A stretch of 64,000 nt of DNA from an uncultured bacterium (GTDB lineage Bacteria > GCA-001730085), in assembly GCA_964565945.1 (NCBI GenBank), contig CAZMGY010000012.1:1966-65965 (forward strand), read 5' to 3'. A program made the position numbers and the translations under genes. How positions within the stretch are numbered: position 1 is the stretch's first letter; every line of letters begins with the position of its first letter. This document shows positions 1 through 11,475 of this stretch, piece by piece. The notes under the pieces are model-generated. The model did not search any database and was not told the DNA's origin. It was given only the letters and a program-made list of their open reading frames with translations.

Positions 1-2
1 AA

Positions 3-344
3 ATGAAGGATGCCAGAGTTGGAGATTCCAATTTGTTTGATTTGACGGTTGAGTTAGGTAGCTTAATTGTCTTGCGTCGAATTGTGATTGCTAAGTATGG
101 GGCTGATTATTGGAATAATCAGTTTATCAAAGAATTCGAAACTTACTTTGATAAACGTATTGCTTTTGAGTTGGCTTGGGATATGTCTGATATTCTCCGC
201 CATTTGGGAGAGGCTAGCTTGCAAAAACAATGGGATACTGTTAATTTTGACAACTCTGTGAGCGTGTTTGATCAAGTAAGGGTAGTAGGCTTGCCAGAAG
301 AAATTAATCCCCAGTTGATGGCAACCTTGCGTAAGAATGCGTAG
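3..344 (+). CDS. Hypothetical protein. Possibly the 3' part of a gene that begins upstream of the window edge.
   Basis: 113-aa ORF starting 3 nt from the window edge. No recognisable motif. Same orientation as all downstream genes. Confidence 0.3.
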   Translation: MKDARVGDSNLFDLTVELGSLIVLRRIVIAKYGADYWNNQFIKEFETYFDKRIAFELAWDMSDILRHLGEASLQKQWDTVNFDNSVSVFDQVRVVGLPEEINPQLMATLRKNA

Positions 345-493
345 TGTTGTCAGGCTCTCATCTTAATCTTCTCGCCTTGAAAAGTGGAGAGGAAACAGAT
401 AGAATAACCCTTAAGGTATTTCCCTGCCTTTCTTGGCCACGGACGGATTTATTTTGTCTTACGTTTTTTACGGGACAAGGCATTTGGAAGCAC

Positions 494-515
494 GGCAAGA
501 GGCTTGCCTTTTGGT
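494..515 (+). terminator. Possible intrinsic terminator or leader hairpin (GGCAAG-AGG-CTTGCC + TTTTGG)
   Basis: 6-bp GC-rich perfect stem (494-499 / 503-508) with a 3-nt loop, followed by TTTTGG. Lies about 150 nt downstream of the preceding stop. Confidence 0.25.
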
Positions 516-618
516 AAGAACTTAAAGTGATTGCGGTGTGTCCCCCTTGGCTTAACCAAAGCCAAAATATTCGTTTGAGCGTTTAAGGCGGGGATTCAAA
601 TAATGGATACAAGCACTC

Positions 619-1950
619 ATGGATCTTTTTTCTCCCGAACAAACATTAGATAATACACCTTTAGCGGCCTTGTTGCGCCCTCAAGAGCTTAAAAATTTTG
701 TCGGACAGTCGCATATGATGGGTGATGGGCAAGCGTTGCGTCTTATGATCGAGAACGATCGTTTGAGCTCGCTAATGTTTTATGGGCCACCAGGGACAGG
801 AAAGACCTCTTTAGCCCGTTTGATTGCGACGCATACGCAAGCTTACTTTGTAAGTCTTAATGCCGTGGAAGCCAACACCAAAGATATTCGTCAGGTGGTT
901 GACGAAGCTCTGTACCAGCGCTCGTACGACCGGGCCAAAACAATTCTGTTTGTCGATGAGGTTCATCGTTTTAACAAAGCGCAACAAGATGTGCTGATGC
1001 CCTATGTCGAAGAAGGGGTGTTTGTATTTATTGGGGCCACCACTGAAAACCCTTTTTTTGCGCTGAATGCTCCCTTGTTATCGCGTGCGCATGTGTTTGC
1101 TTTTGAGCCTTTGTCGGTGGACGAGCTGAAGCAGGTTCTGGATAGGGCTCTACATCATTCACGCAAGTATTTGTCGCATGTGAGACTGAGTGACGGAGTC
1201 GCCACTTTGTTGGCCGAAGGTGCCGAAGGCGATGCGCGGAGGGTCATTAATCTTTTGGATTTTATGGTTAAGTCCAAAACGGTTGATGCTGGAGGTTTGC
1301 TTGTGATTGATGTAGATGATGTGCTGCAAAGCGGTCAGGTTAAGGCGCTTGTTTACGATGGGGAAGGTGATAATCATTATGATACGATTTCGGCTTTCAT
1401 TAAGAGTATGCGTGGGTCTGATCCCGATGCGGCTTTGTATTGGTTGGCCAAAATGTTTTATGCTGGAGAAGACTTAAACTTTATTGGACGCCGAATAGTG
1501 ATATGTGCTGCTGAAGATGTGGGTAATGCTGATCCGCGAGCTTTGCAGGTGGCACATACAGCGTGGGAGGTGGCTCTGAAAGTGGGAATGCCTGAGGCCC
1601 GAATCCCTTTGGCACAAGCGGTGACTTATATTGCCACAGCTCCAAAAAGCAATGCAGCTTATTTGGGGATTGATCGAGCGTTAGATTTAGTGAAACAGAA
1701 ATCTTTGCATCCAGTGCCCAAACATTTGAAAGATGCTGGTTATCCAGGGGCTAAAACTTTGGGGCATGGGCAAGGTTATCGTTATCCGCATCTTGAGCAC
1801 GATCATTTTAATGATCAAGAGTACGCTCCTTTAAAAGAAGCTTTGTATACGCCCACTGGTTTAGGTTACGAAAAAACGATTAAAGAAAGGATGGATTATT
1901 GGACAAAACGCAAATCCGCCAAACCATCGCCCAAGTTATCCAAGGATTAA
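619..1950 (+). CDS. rarA: Replication-associated recombination protein A (RarA/MgsA, AAA+ ATPase)
   Basis: 443 aa. Walker A 'GPPGTGKTS'; Walker B 'ILFVDEVHRFNK'. The C-terminal MgsA-type helical domain is conserved. Confidence 0.9.
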   Translation: MDLFSPEQTLDNTPLAALLRPQELKNFVGQSHMMGDGQALRLMIENDRLSSLMFYGPPGTGKTSLARLIATHTQAYFVSLNAVEANTKDIRQVVDEALYQRSYDRAKTILFVDEVHRFNKAQQDVLMPYVEEGVFVFIGATTENPFFALNAPLLSRAHVFAFEPLSVDELKQVLDRALHHSRKYLSHVRLSDGVATLLAEGAEGDARRVINLLDFMVKSKTVDAGGLLVIDVDDVLQSGQVKALVYDGEGDNHYDTISAFIKSMRGSDPDAALYWLAKMFYAGEDLNFIGRRIVICAAEDVGNADPRALQVAHTAWEVALKVGMPEARIPLAQAVTYIATAPKSNAAYLGIDRALDLVKQKSLHPVPKHLKDAGYPGAKTLGHGQGYRYPHLEHDHFNDQEYAPLKEALYTPTGLGYEKTIKERMDYWTKRKSAKPSPKLSKD

Positions 1951-2453
1951 GTTGGGAGCAAAGGGAGCATCAGGTCAACCTTGTCACAGAGCGTTTGCTT
2001 AAGCATCCGCTCTTGCAGGAGCCTTTAACTGTTTTGGTTTATCGGGCTTTGCCCGATGAGCTTAATTTGCAGAGTTTGTATCAGCAATGGATGGTGCAGG
2101 GGTATCGACTGTGCTTTCCTAAAGTTGCTGGTCAAAATATGAAGGTTTACGAGGTGAAGGATTATGATGACGCAACACTGTGGCAACTGGAGCAACGCTG
2201 GGGAATAACGGAGCCTTGTTCTCTTAACAACGCTCAGGTGGATCCTAAGGATATTACGTTGCTGCTTGTTCCTGGACGAGCTTTTGATGGACATGGTGGT
2301 CGTGTAGGGCGTGGTCATGGCTGTTATGATCGTTTTTTAAGTGTGTTTGTTCATATTTATACGATTGGTCTAGGCTATAGCTGTCAAATACTGGATACGG
2401 TCGTGCAGAATGAACAGGATGTAGCCATGGATGAGGTGATGCTATGCCCTTAA
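1899..2453 (+). CDS. 5-formyltetrahydrofolate cyclo-ligase (MTHFS/YgfA family)
   Basis: 184 aa. Family-typical N-terminus (K..IRQ..). The 'GRGHGCYDRFL' segment matches the G-x-G-x-G-YYDR signature of 5-FCL. Overlaps the rarA 3' end by 52 nt in another frame. Confidence 0.7.
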   Translation: MDKTQIRQTIAQVIQGLSWEQREHQVNLVTERLLKHPLLQEPLTVLVYRALPDELNLQSLYQQWMVQGYRLCFPKVAGQNMKVYEVKDYDDATLWQLEQRWGITEPCSLNNAQVDPKDITLLLVPGRAFDGHGGRVGRGHGCYDRFLSVFVHIYTIGLGYSCQILDTVVQNEQDVAMDEVMLCP

Positions 2454-3328
2454 ATACAGCAACACAAGAAATGATTATTCAAGCCTATCGTGAAGACGTA
2501 GGTTCTGGCGATTGCACCAGTGATTTATTGTTAGAGCGTTCAACCTTAGCACAAGCTCAAATTGTGGCCAAGGATGTGGGTGTGGTTTCGGGTCAAGAAG
2601 TAGCTGCGTTTGTGTTTGCTTGGGGCGAATCTAAGATTTCTTATCGACCTATTTTGCTTGATGGTGCTTTGATGCATCCAGGAGATGTTCTGGCAGAGAT
2701 CGAAGGGCCAGCCTGGGGTGTGTTGCAGTCCGAGCGGACGGCTTTGAATTTTTTGCAGCGTTTATCGGGGGTGGCCACCACCACGCGTGCTTTCGTTGAT
2801 GCGATTGGAGAGCGAGCGACTCATATTTTGGATACACGCAAAACAACACCAGGTTGGAGGTTGTTACAAAAACAGGCGGTTGTGCATGGTTGGGGAACCA
2901 ATCATCGGCAGGGCTTGTATGATCAAGTGTTGATTAAAGAAAATCATTTGTATGCACTTATGTTGCAACAAGCGTGTGATCTTAACACCGCGATTGAATT
3001 AGCTATTCAGACCTGCCGAACGCAAAGTTCTTTAACAACACCCATTGAAGTTGAAGTGCAAACGGTTGAGCAGGCTTGTTTAGCGGGTAAAGCTGGGGCT
3101 GATGTGATTTTGTTGGATAATATGTCTTGTGAGGATATGAGTCAGGTGGTTAAGCAGGTAGCTTTGCTGGAGACAAAACCTTTGTTGGAAGCATCAGGAG
3201 GTATTGATTTGGATCGTGTCCGTTTGGTTGCAGCCACAGGTGTGGATCAGATATCGGTGGGGGCCTTAACTCATTCCTACAAAGCGATCGACTTGTCTTT
3301 GTTGATTCAATTATCGTACGAGGTTTAA
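2444..3328 (+). CDS. nadC: Nicotinate-nucleotide pyrophosphorylase (quinolinate phosphoribosyltransferase)
   Basis: 294 aa. Carries the 'LDTRKTTPGWRLLQKQAVVHGWGTNHRQGLYDQVLIKENH' core typical of NadC. Overlaps the upstream gene by 10 nt. Confidence 0.85.
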   Translation: MPLNTATQEMIIQAYREDVGSGDCTSDLLLERSTLAQAQIVAKDVGVVSGQEVAAFVFAWGESKISYRPILLDGALMHPGDVLAEIEGPAWGVLQSERTALNFLQRLSGVATTTRAFVDAIGERATHILDTRKTTPGWRLLQKQAVVHGWGTNHRQGLYDQVLIKENHLYALMLQQACDLNTAIELAIQTCRTQSSLTTPIEVEVQTVEQACLAGKAGADVILLDNMSCEDMSQVVKQVALLETKPLLEASGGIDLDRVRLVAATGVDQISVGALTHSYKAIDLSLLIQLSYEV

Positions 3329-3331
3329 CGA

Positions 3332-4075
3332 ATGGCACGAATATGCATCGACATTGGCAATACAACCATAGGGGTCGCTCTTATGCAACAGGGGAAGGTG
3401 TGTATGAGCTTATCTGTGCCAGCAGGAGCCTGGTCCTTGTTGGCTGATTGGTCCGTGTGGAGGCATCTGAATTCTCAAGAAGAGCATTGGCTAGGGATTT
3501 GCTCGGTTGTTCCTAAGACAGATGAAGCCTTGTTGCGTTTGATCGATCACCATCAGTTGAGATGCTGCCTGAATTGGGTGAAAGAGTCAAGTCGCCCTAA
3601 ATTGAACTTAGCTTACGCAAATCGCTCTACCTTAGGCCTGGATCGCTTGGTTTTGATTCATAAGGCCTACGTTGATAACCCTGGAGGAGTGACTCTGATT
3701 GTGGATGCGGGCACGGCTCTAAGTTTAGACTATATTGTTAAAGGGCAGCACCAGGGGGGTATGATTGCTCCAGGCTTTCATAAAAGTTTTGTGGCGATGT
3801 ATGAACAGACGGTGGCTTTGCCTATGATTGGCAATTGTTCCAAGGATATTCCTTTATGGGGGCAAAGTACGGAAGAGTGCATGCAGAGTGGTGTTGTGCA
3901 TGGAGCTTCCTTGTTTATAAGAGCTGTAGCGCAGCAGGTGGCTGATGATTTGGGAAACACGGATCTGCTATTGTGGGCTACGGGGGGCAATAGCCCTTAT
4001 TTGCAAGAAGCGCTTGCCTGGGATCGTTGTGATTCCGATCTTATTTTTGAAGCGATTGAACTTTGGCTTTCTTAA
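3332..4075 (+). CDS. coaX: Type III pantothenate kinase
   Basis: 247 aa. N-terminal 'CIDIGNT' (the DxGNT motif of CoaX/Bvg accessory factor). Also 'DAGTA' and 'GGMIAPG' acetate/sugar-kinase-fold motifs. Confidence 0.8.
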   Translation: MARICIDIGNTTIGVALMQQGKVCMSLSVPAGAWSLLADWSVWRHLNSQEEHWLGICSVVPKTDEALLRLIDHHQLRCCLNWVKESSRPKLNLAYANRSTLGLDRLVLIHKAYVDNPGGVTLIVDAGTALSLDYIVKGQHQGGMIAPGFHKSFVAMYEQTVALPMIGNCSKDIPLWGQSTEECMQSGVVHGASLFIRAVAQQVADDLGNTDLLLWATGGNSPYLQEALAWDRCDSDLIFEAIELWLS

Positions 4076-4090
4076 AAAGATAAAAAACGC

Positions 4091-4118
4091 TTGACAATAG
4101 AGACGGGCATTGTATGAT
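4091..4118 (+). promoter_or_regulatory. sigma70-like promoter for groES-groEL (-35 TTGACA, 16-nt spacer, -10 TATGAT)
   Basis: TTGACA at 4091-4096 and TATGAT at 4113-4118, about 180 nt upstream of the groES start. Confidence 0.5.
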
Positions 4119-4127
4119 AGTGAAATG

Positions 4128-4160
4128 GTGCTTCTAGCAATTGATTGCCAGAAGTGCTAA
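4128..4160 (+). promoter_or_regulatory. CIRCE-like imperfect inverted repeat (candidate HrcA operator)
   Basis: GCTTCTAGCAA-ttgat-TTGCCAGAAGTGC. The right half ends in AAGTGCTAA (8/9 match to the CIRCE half-site GAGTGCTAA). It sits immediately downstream of the -10 box, ahead of groES. Confidence 0.4.
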
Positions 4161-4294
4161 TGAAAAAATGCTTAGAGGGGCTCTTATAGGAGGGGGGGCA
4201 CTTTGGATTTCAGTTGTAGATAACTTAATGCATGCGAGCCTTGTTCATGAACAAAGCTTGTGTGAAAATCATCATAAAAATGGAGGAAAAACGC

Positions 4295-4582
4295 ATGGCA
4301 ATTCAACCTTTAGGTGATCGTGTGCTTGTGCAGGTTCTTGAAGCCGAGGAAAAAACTCAAGGAGGAATTATTCTTCCCGATACGGCCAAAGAAAAGCCAC
4401 AAGAAGGAAAAGTGGTTGAGGTAGGTCCAGGCAAATTGCTCGAAACAGGTCAACGTGGCGATATGTCGGTGGACAGGGGTAATCGTATTTTGTTTGGCAA
4501 GTATTCTGGAACCGAAATCAAGGTGGAAGGTCAAGAATATTTGATGATTCGTGAAGATGAAATTTTGGCTGTTGTTAAATAA
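4295..4582 (+). CDS. groES: Co-chaperonin GroES (10 kDa)
   Basis: The ORF track gives 4232-4582. '[12 protein letters not shown]...' begins at the internal ATG 4295, preceded by the GGAGGA RBS at 4282-4287, giving a 95-aa GroES of canonical length. Confidence 0.9.
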   Translation: MAIQPLGDRVLVQVLEAEEKTQGGIILPDTAKEKPQEGKVVEVGPGKLLETGQRGDMSVDRGNRILFGKYSGTEIKVEGQEYLMIREDEILAVVK

Positions 4583-4602
4583 CAACGGTCTTACAAAGAT
4601 AA

Positions 4603-6249
<1,647 letters not shown>

Positions 6250-6274
6250 AAAAAGTCTTTGAGACTATTGAAAA

Positions 6275-6303
6275 AGCCCCGCACGCTGTGGGGCTTTTTT
6301 TAT
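6275..6303 (+). terminator. Rho-independent terminator of groESL
   Basis: AGCCCC-gcacgctgt-GGGGCT hairpin followed by a 9-nt T-run, starting 26 nt after the groEL stop. Confidence 0.7.
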
Positions 6304-6362
6304 GTTGTGTGATGGGTAAAACTGAGATCTGATGATTGTAATAAGTTGTGATATAATGAGAT

Positions 6363-8533
<2,171 letters not shown>

Positions 8534-8549
8534 GGGAGAAACCTAAGAG

Positions 8550-8975
8550 ATGAAGATTTTAGTGATTCATGGGCCTAATTTAGGTTTGTTAGGCCAGAGA
8601 GAGCCAGATATTTACGGTTCAACAACCCTTCATGAGATCAATCAGGCCTTGTTCCAGCGTGCTGAAGCCAATGCATGTGAGCTGGATATTATTCAGCATG
8701 ATCATGAGGGCGATATTGTGGCCGCGATTGGTCAAAGTCAAGTTGATGGTATTGTGATTAATCCCGCGGCCTACACGCATACTAGTATGGCCATCGCGGA
8801 TGCTTTGGTGGCGGTTGCTAAGCCAGCTGTCGAAGTGCATTTATCTAATATTTATAAACGTGAGGAATGGCGTCATCGTTCCTACATTGCTCCTGTTGTT
8901 CAGGGGCAAATTTCAGGCCTTGGTGTGAGAAGTTATTTGTTAGCTTTGGATTACTTGATTCAAAGTCAAGCGTAG
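8550..8975 (+). CDS. aroQ: 3-dehydroquinate dehydratase, type II
   Basis: 141 aa. 'ILVIHGPNLGLLGQREPDIYG' and 'INPAAYTHTSMAIADAL' are type II DHQase signatures. aroQ-accB-accC order as in E. coli. Confidence 0.88.
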   Translation: MKILVIHGPNLGLLGQREPDIYGSTTLHEINQALFQRAEANACELDIIQHDHEGDIVAAIGQSQVDGIVINPAAYTHTSMAIADALVAVAKPAVEVHLSNIYKREEWRHRSYIAPVVQGQISGLGVRSYLLALDYLIQSQA

Positions 8976-8984
8976 GGGAGTGAT

Positions 8985-9407
8985 ATGGACGTAGATATGA
9001 AACAAATCAAAAAATTTCTTAAGCTGATGGATGATAATCAGCTGGTGGAAATATCTGTTAAAAATGGGGATGATGCAATCTCTTTGCGTAAGCATGAAGT
9101 TGTGGCGGCGCCTCAAGCTCCAGTTATAGCTCCTTCTGACGACAATGTTGGCGATGCTATTCCTGCGAATTGCAAAGAAATTACGTCTCCTATGGTGGGG
9201 ACTTTTTATCGTGCTCCATCTCCTGAAGCAGTGATTTTTGTGAATGTGGGTGATTTTATATCTTCGGGTCAAGTTTTGTGTATTTTGGAAGCCATGAAAT
9301 TGATGAACGAATTCAAAAGTGAAGTTTCTGGTAAAATAGTGAAAATTTTAGTCGAAAATGGTGAGGCTGTTGAGTTTGGTCAACCTTTATTTTTGGTGGA
9401 AGGGTAA
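8985..9407 (+). CDS. accB: Biotin carboxyl carrier protein of acetyl-CoA carboxylase
   Basis: 140 aa. C-terminal biotinyl domain with 'EAMKLMNE' (the biotinylated Lys in AMKM/L). Its stop overlaps the accC start (TAATG). Confidence 0.85.
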   Translation: MDVDMKQIKKFLKLMDDNQLVEISVKNGDDAISLRKHEVVAAPQAPVIAPSDDNVGDAIPANCKEITSPMVGTFYRAPSPEAVIFVNVGDFISSGQVLCILEAMKLMNEFKSEVSGKIVKILVENGEAVEFGQPLFLVEG

Positions 9408-10759
9408 TGTTTAAGAAAATTCTTATTGCGAATAGAGGCGAGATTGCCTTACGTGTGATTCGGGCGTGTAAAGAGCTAGGGATCAAAACTGTGGCGGTTC
9501 ATTCGCAAGTTGATCAAAACTCTTTGCATGTACGCTTTGCTGATGAAGCTGTTTGTATTGGAAAGGCGAGTAGTCAAGATAGCTATTTAAATATACCTGC
9601 TATTGTTAGTGCGGCCGAGATTACCAATGCCGATGCCCTTCATTCTGGTTATGGTTTTTTATCGGAAAATCCTCATTTTTCTGAAATATGCGACTCTTGT
9701 GATATCACGTTTATTGGTCCTTCGGCTCATACGGTTAGGTTGCTGGGTGACAAAGTTAAAGCTAAAGACACAATGAAAAAAGAAGGTGTTCCAGTGGTTC
9801 CTGGGAGTGAGGGAGTTGTTGAAACAGAGCAAGACGCACTTAAAGTGGCCAGCGAAATAGGATATCCTGTTATTATTAAAGCCTCTTTTGGTGGAGGTGG
9901 TCGGGGGATGCGTGTGGCGCATAACAATATGACTCTTGTGACTGCTTTTATGACGGCCAAAGGTGAAGCTGAAAAATCTTTTAGCAATAGTGATGTGTAT
10001 ATTGAGAAGTTTATCGAAAATCCCCGCCATATCGAAATTCAATTCATTGCCGATCAACATGGACGTTGTGTACATTTAGGGGAGAGAGATTGCACAATTC
10101 AGAGACGTCATCAAAAATTATTGGAAGAGGCACCTTCTCCGATGATGACTCAAAAACAACGCGATCTTATGGGATCGTTGGCGATTAAGGGTGTTATGGC
10201 CACCAATTATGTCAATGCTGGAACCATGGAATTTCTTATGAACAAGCAGGGGCAGTTTTATTTTATGGAGGTCAACACGCGTATTCAGGTGGAGCATCCT
10301 GTAACAGAGATGGTTACAGGTATCGATCTTATCAAAGAGCAGATTTCTGTAGCGGCAGGGAACCCCTTGTCGTTTACTCAAGAGGATGTTCAGCTTGAAG
10401 GCTGTGCAATTGAGTGTCGGATCAATGCTGAAGATCCTTATCATGATTTCATGCCGTCTCCGGGAACGATTACGGGATATAACACTCCTGGAGGGTTTCA
10501 TGTGCGTATTGATACCCATGCCTATCAGGGCTATAGTATTTCTCCTCATTATGATTCTATGATCGGTAAGTTAATTGTGAAGGGTAAAGATCGTGAAGAA
10601 GCTTTGGCAATCTTGCACAGGGCTTTGCGAGAATACATTATTGAGGGGGTTCATACGACGATTCCTTTTTTTAAAAAATTGATTAAAGATCCCAAGTTTA
10701 TCAGCCTGGATTATGACACGAGCTTTATGGATGATTTTAAAATGGACAATGAGGGCTAG
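9407..10759 (+). CDS. accC: Biotin carboxylase subunit of acetyl-CoA carboxylase
   Basis: 450 aa. ATP-grasp fold ('GGGGRGMRV', 'MEVNTRIQVEHPVTE'), colinear with AccC throughout. Confidence 0.95.
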   Translation: MFKKILIANRGEIALRVIRACKELGIKTVAVHSQVDQNSLHVRFADEAVCIGKASSQDSYLNIPAIVSAAEITNADALHSGYGFLSENPHFSEICDSCDITFIGPSAHTVRLLGDKVKAKDTMKKEGVPVVPGSEGVVETEQDALKVASEIGYPVIIKASFGGGGRGMRVAHNNMTLVTAFMTAKGEAEKSFSNSDVYIEKFIENPRHIEIQFIADQHGRCVHLGERDCTIQRRHQKLLEEAPSPMMTQKQRDLMGSLAIKGVMATNYVNAGTMEFLMNKQGQFYFMEVNTRIQVEHPVTEMVTGIDLIKEQISVAAGNPLSFTQEDVQLEGCAIECRINAEDPYHDFMPSPGTITGYNTPGGFHVRIDTHAYQGYSISPHYDSMIGKLIVKGKDREEALAILHRALREYIIEGVHTTIPFFKKLIKDPKFISLDYDTSFMDDFKMDNEG

Positions 10760-10795
10760 TTAGGACTCTAGCGATTTATATTGGAGAGATGTGCG

Positions 10796-11416
10796 ATGTC
10801 ATTTTGGGATAAACTCACCTTAATGCTTTATGGGTGTGTGTCTTTAAGTTTTGGCGTTTTGGTTTGTGTGATTGAGTTTGGCGTGTTGCCGATAGAACAG
10901 GTTTGGCATTACATGAGCTTGATTCCCTTTTCTGGGACGATTTATTTGGGTCTTTTTTTTGGATCTGTGGCTATCTTTATAGGTATTTCCTTGTTTAATT
11001 TAGCTCTAGGGTGGCGTAAACAGTGCAAGTCGATAGATTTTCGCACCGAAAAGGGACATGTTACGATTGTCTTGTCGGCAATTGAAGAATACATCCATAA
11101 AACGACAAGCCATTTGGAGCAAATCCGTGATATTAAAAGCAAAGTGTCGGCGAAAGGTCGCGGGTTAAAGGTGGTTTCGAAGTTGGTTTTAAATAGTGAT
11201 AGCAATGTGACCAACTTGGCCGATACCCTTCAAAAAGAAATTGAAGACAAGCTTATCAATATGATTGGCGTTGATATTCCTTTAACGGTTAATATCCATA
11301 TCACCAAAATGGTTACCGATCTTAAAAAGACTTCTCATATCATCGAACCTGTTGATCCTGCTAAGCCTGAATCGAGCGAAGATCTCGAAGAAACTTTTCG
11401 TGGTATTGAATATTAA
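10796..11416 (+). CDS. Membrane protein with an Asp23/Gls24-like (alkaline-shock/AmaP-like) C-terminal domain. Hypothetical.
   Basis: The ORF track start 10781 is a TTG. The ATG at 10796 is preceded by GGAGAG (10783-10788). Two N-terminal hydrophobic helices, then alternating V/I beta-strand pattern (...GVDIPLTVNIHITKM...) resembling the Asp23 fold. Confidence 0.4.
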   Translation: MSFWDKLTLMLYGCVSLSFGVLVCVIEFGVLPIEQVWHYMSLIPFSGTIYLGLFFGSVAIFIGISLFNLALGWRKQCKSIDFRTEKGHVTIVLSAIEEYIHKTTSHLEQIRDIKSKVSAKGRGLKVVSKLVLNSDSNVTNLADTLQKEIEDKLINMIGVDIPLTVNIHITKMVTDLKKTSHIIEPVDPAKPESSEDLEETFRGIEY

Positions 11417-11475
11417 AAAGTTCCGCTAGGTTATTCATAACTCTAGGTGTGGTTTAAAAGAAAGGGGGATATCTT

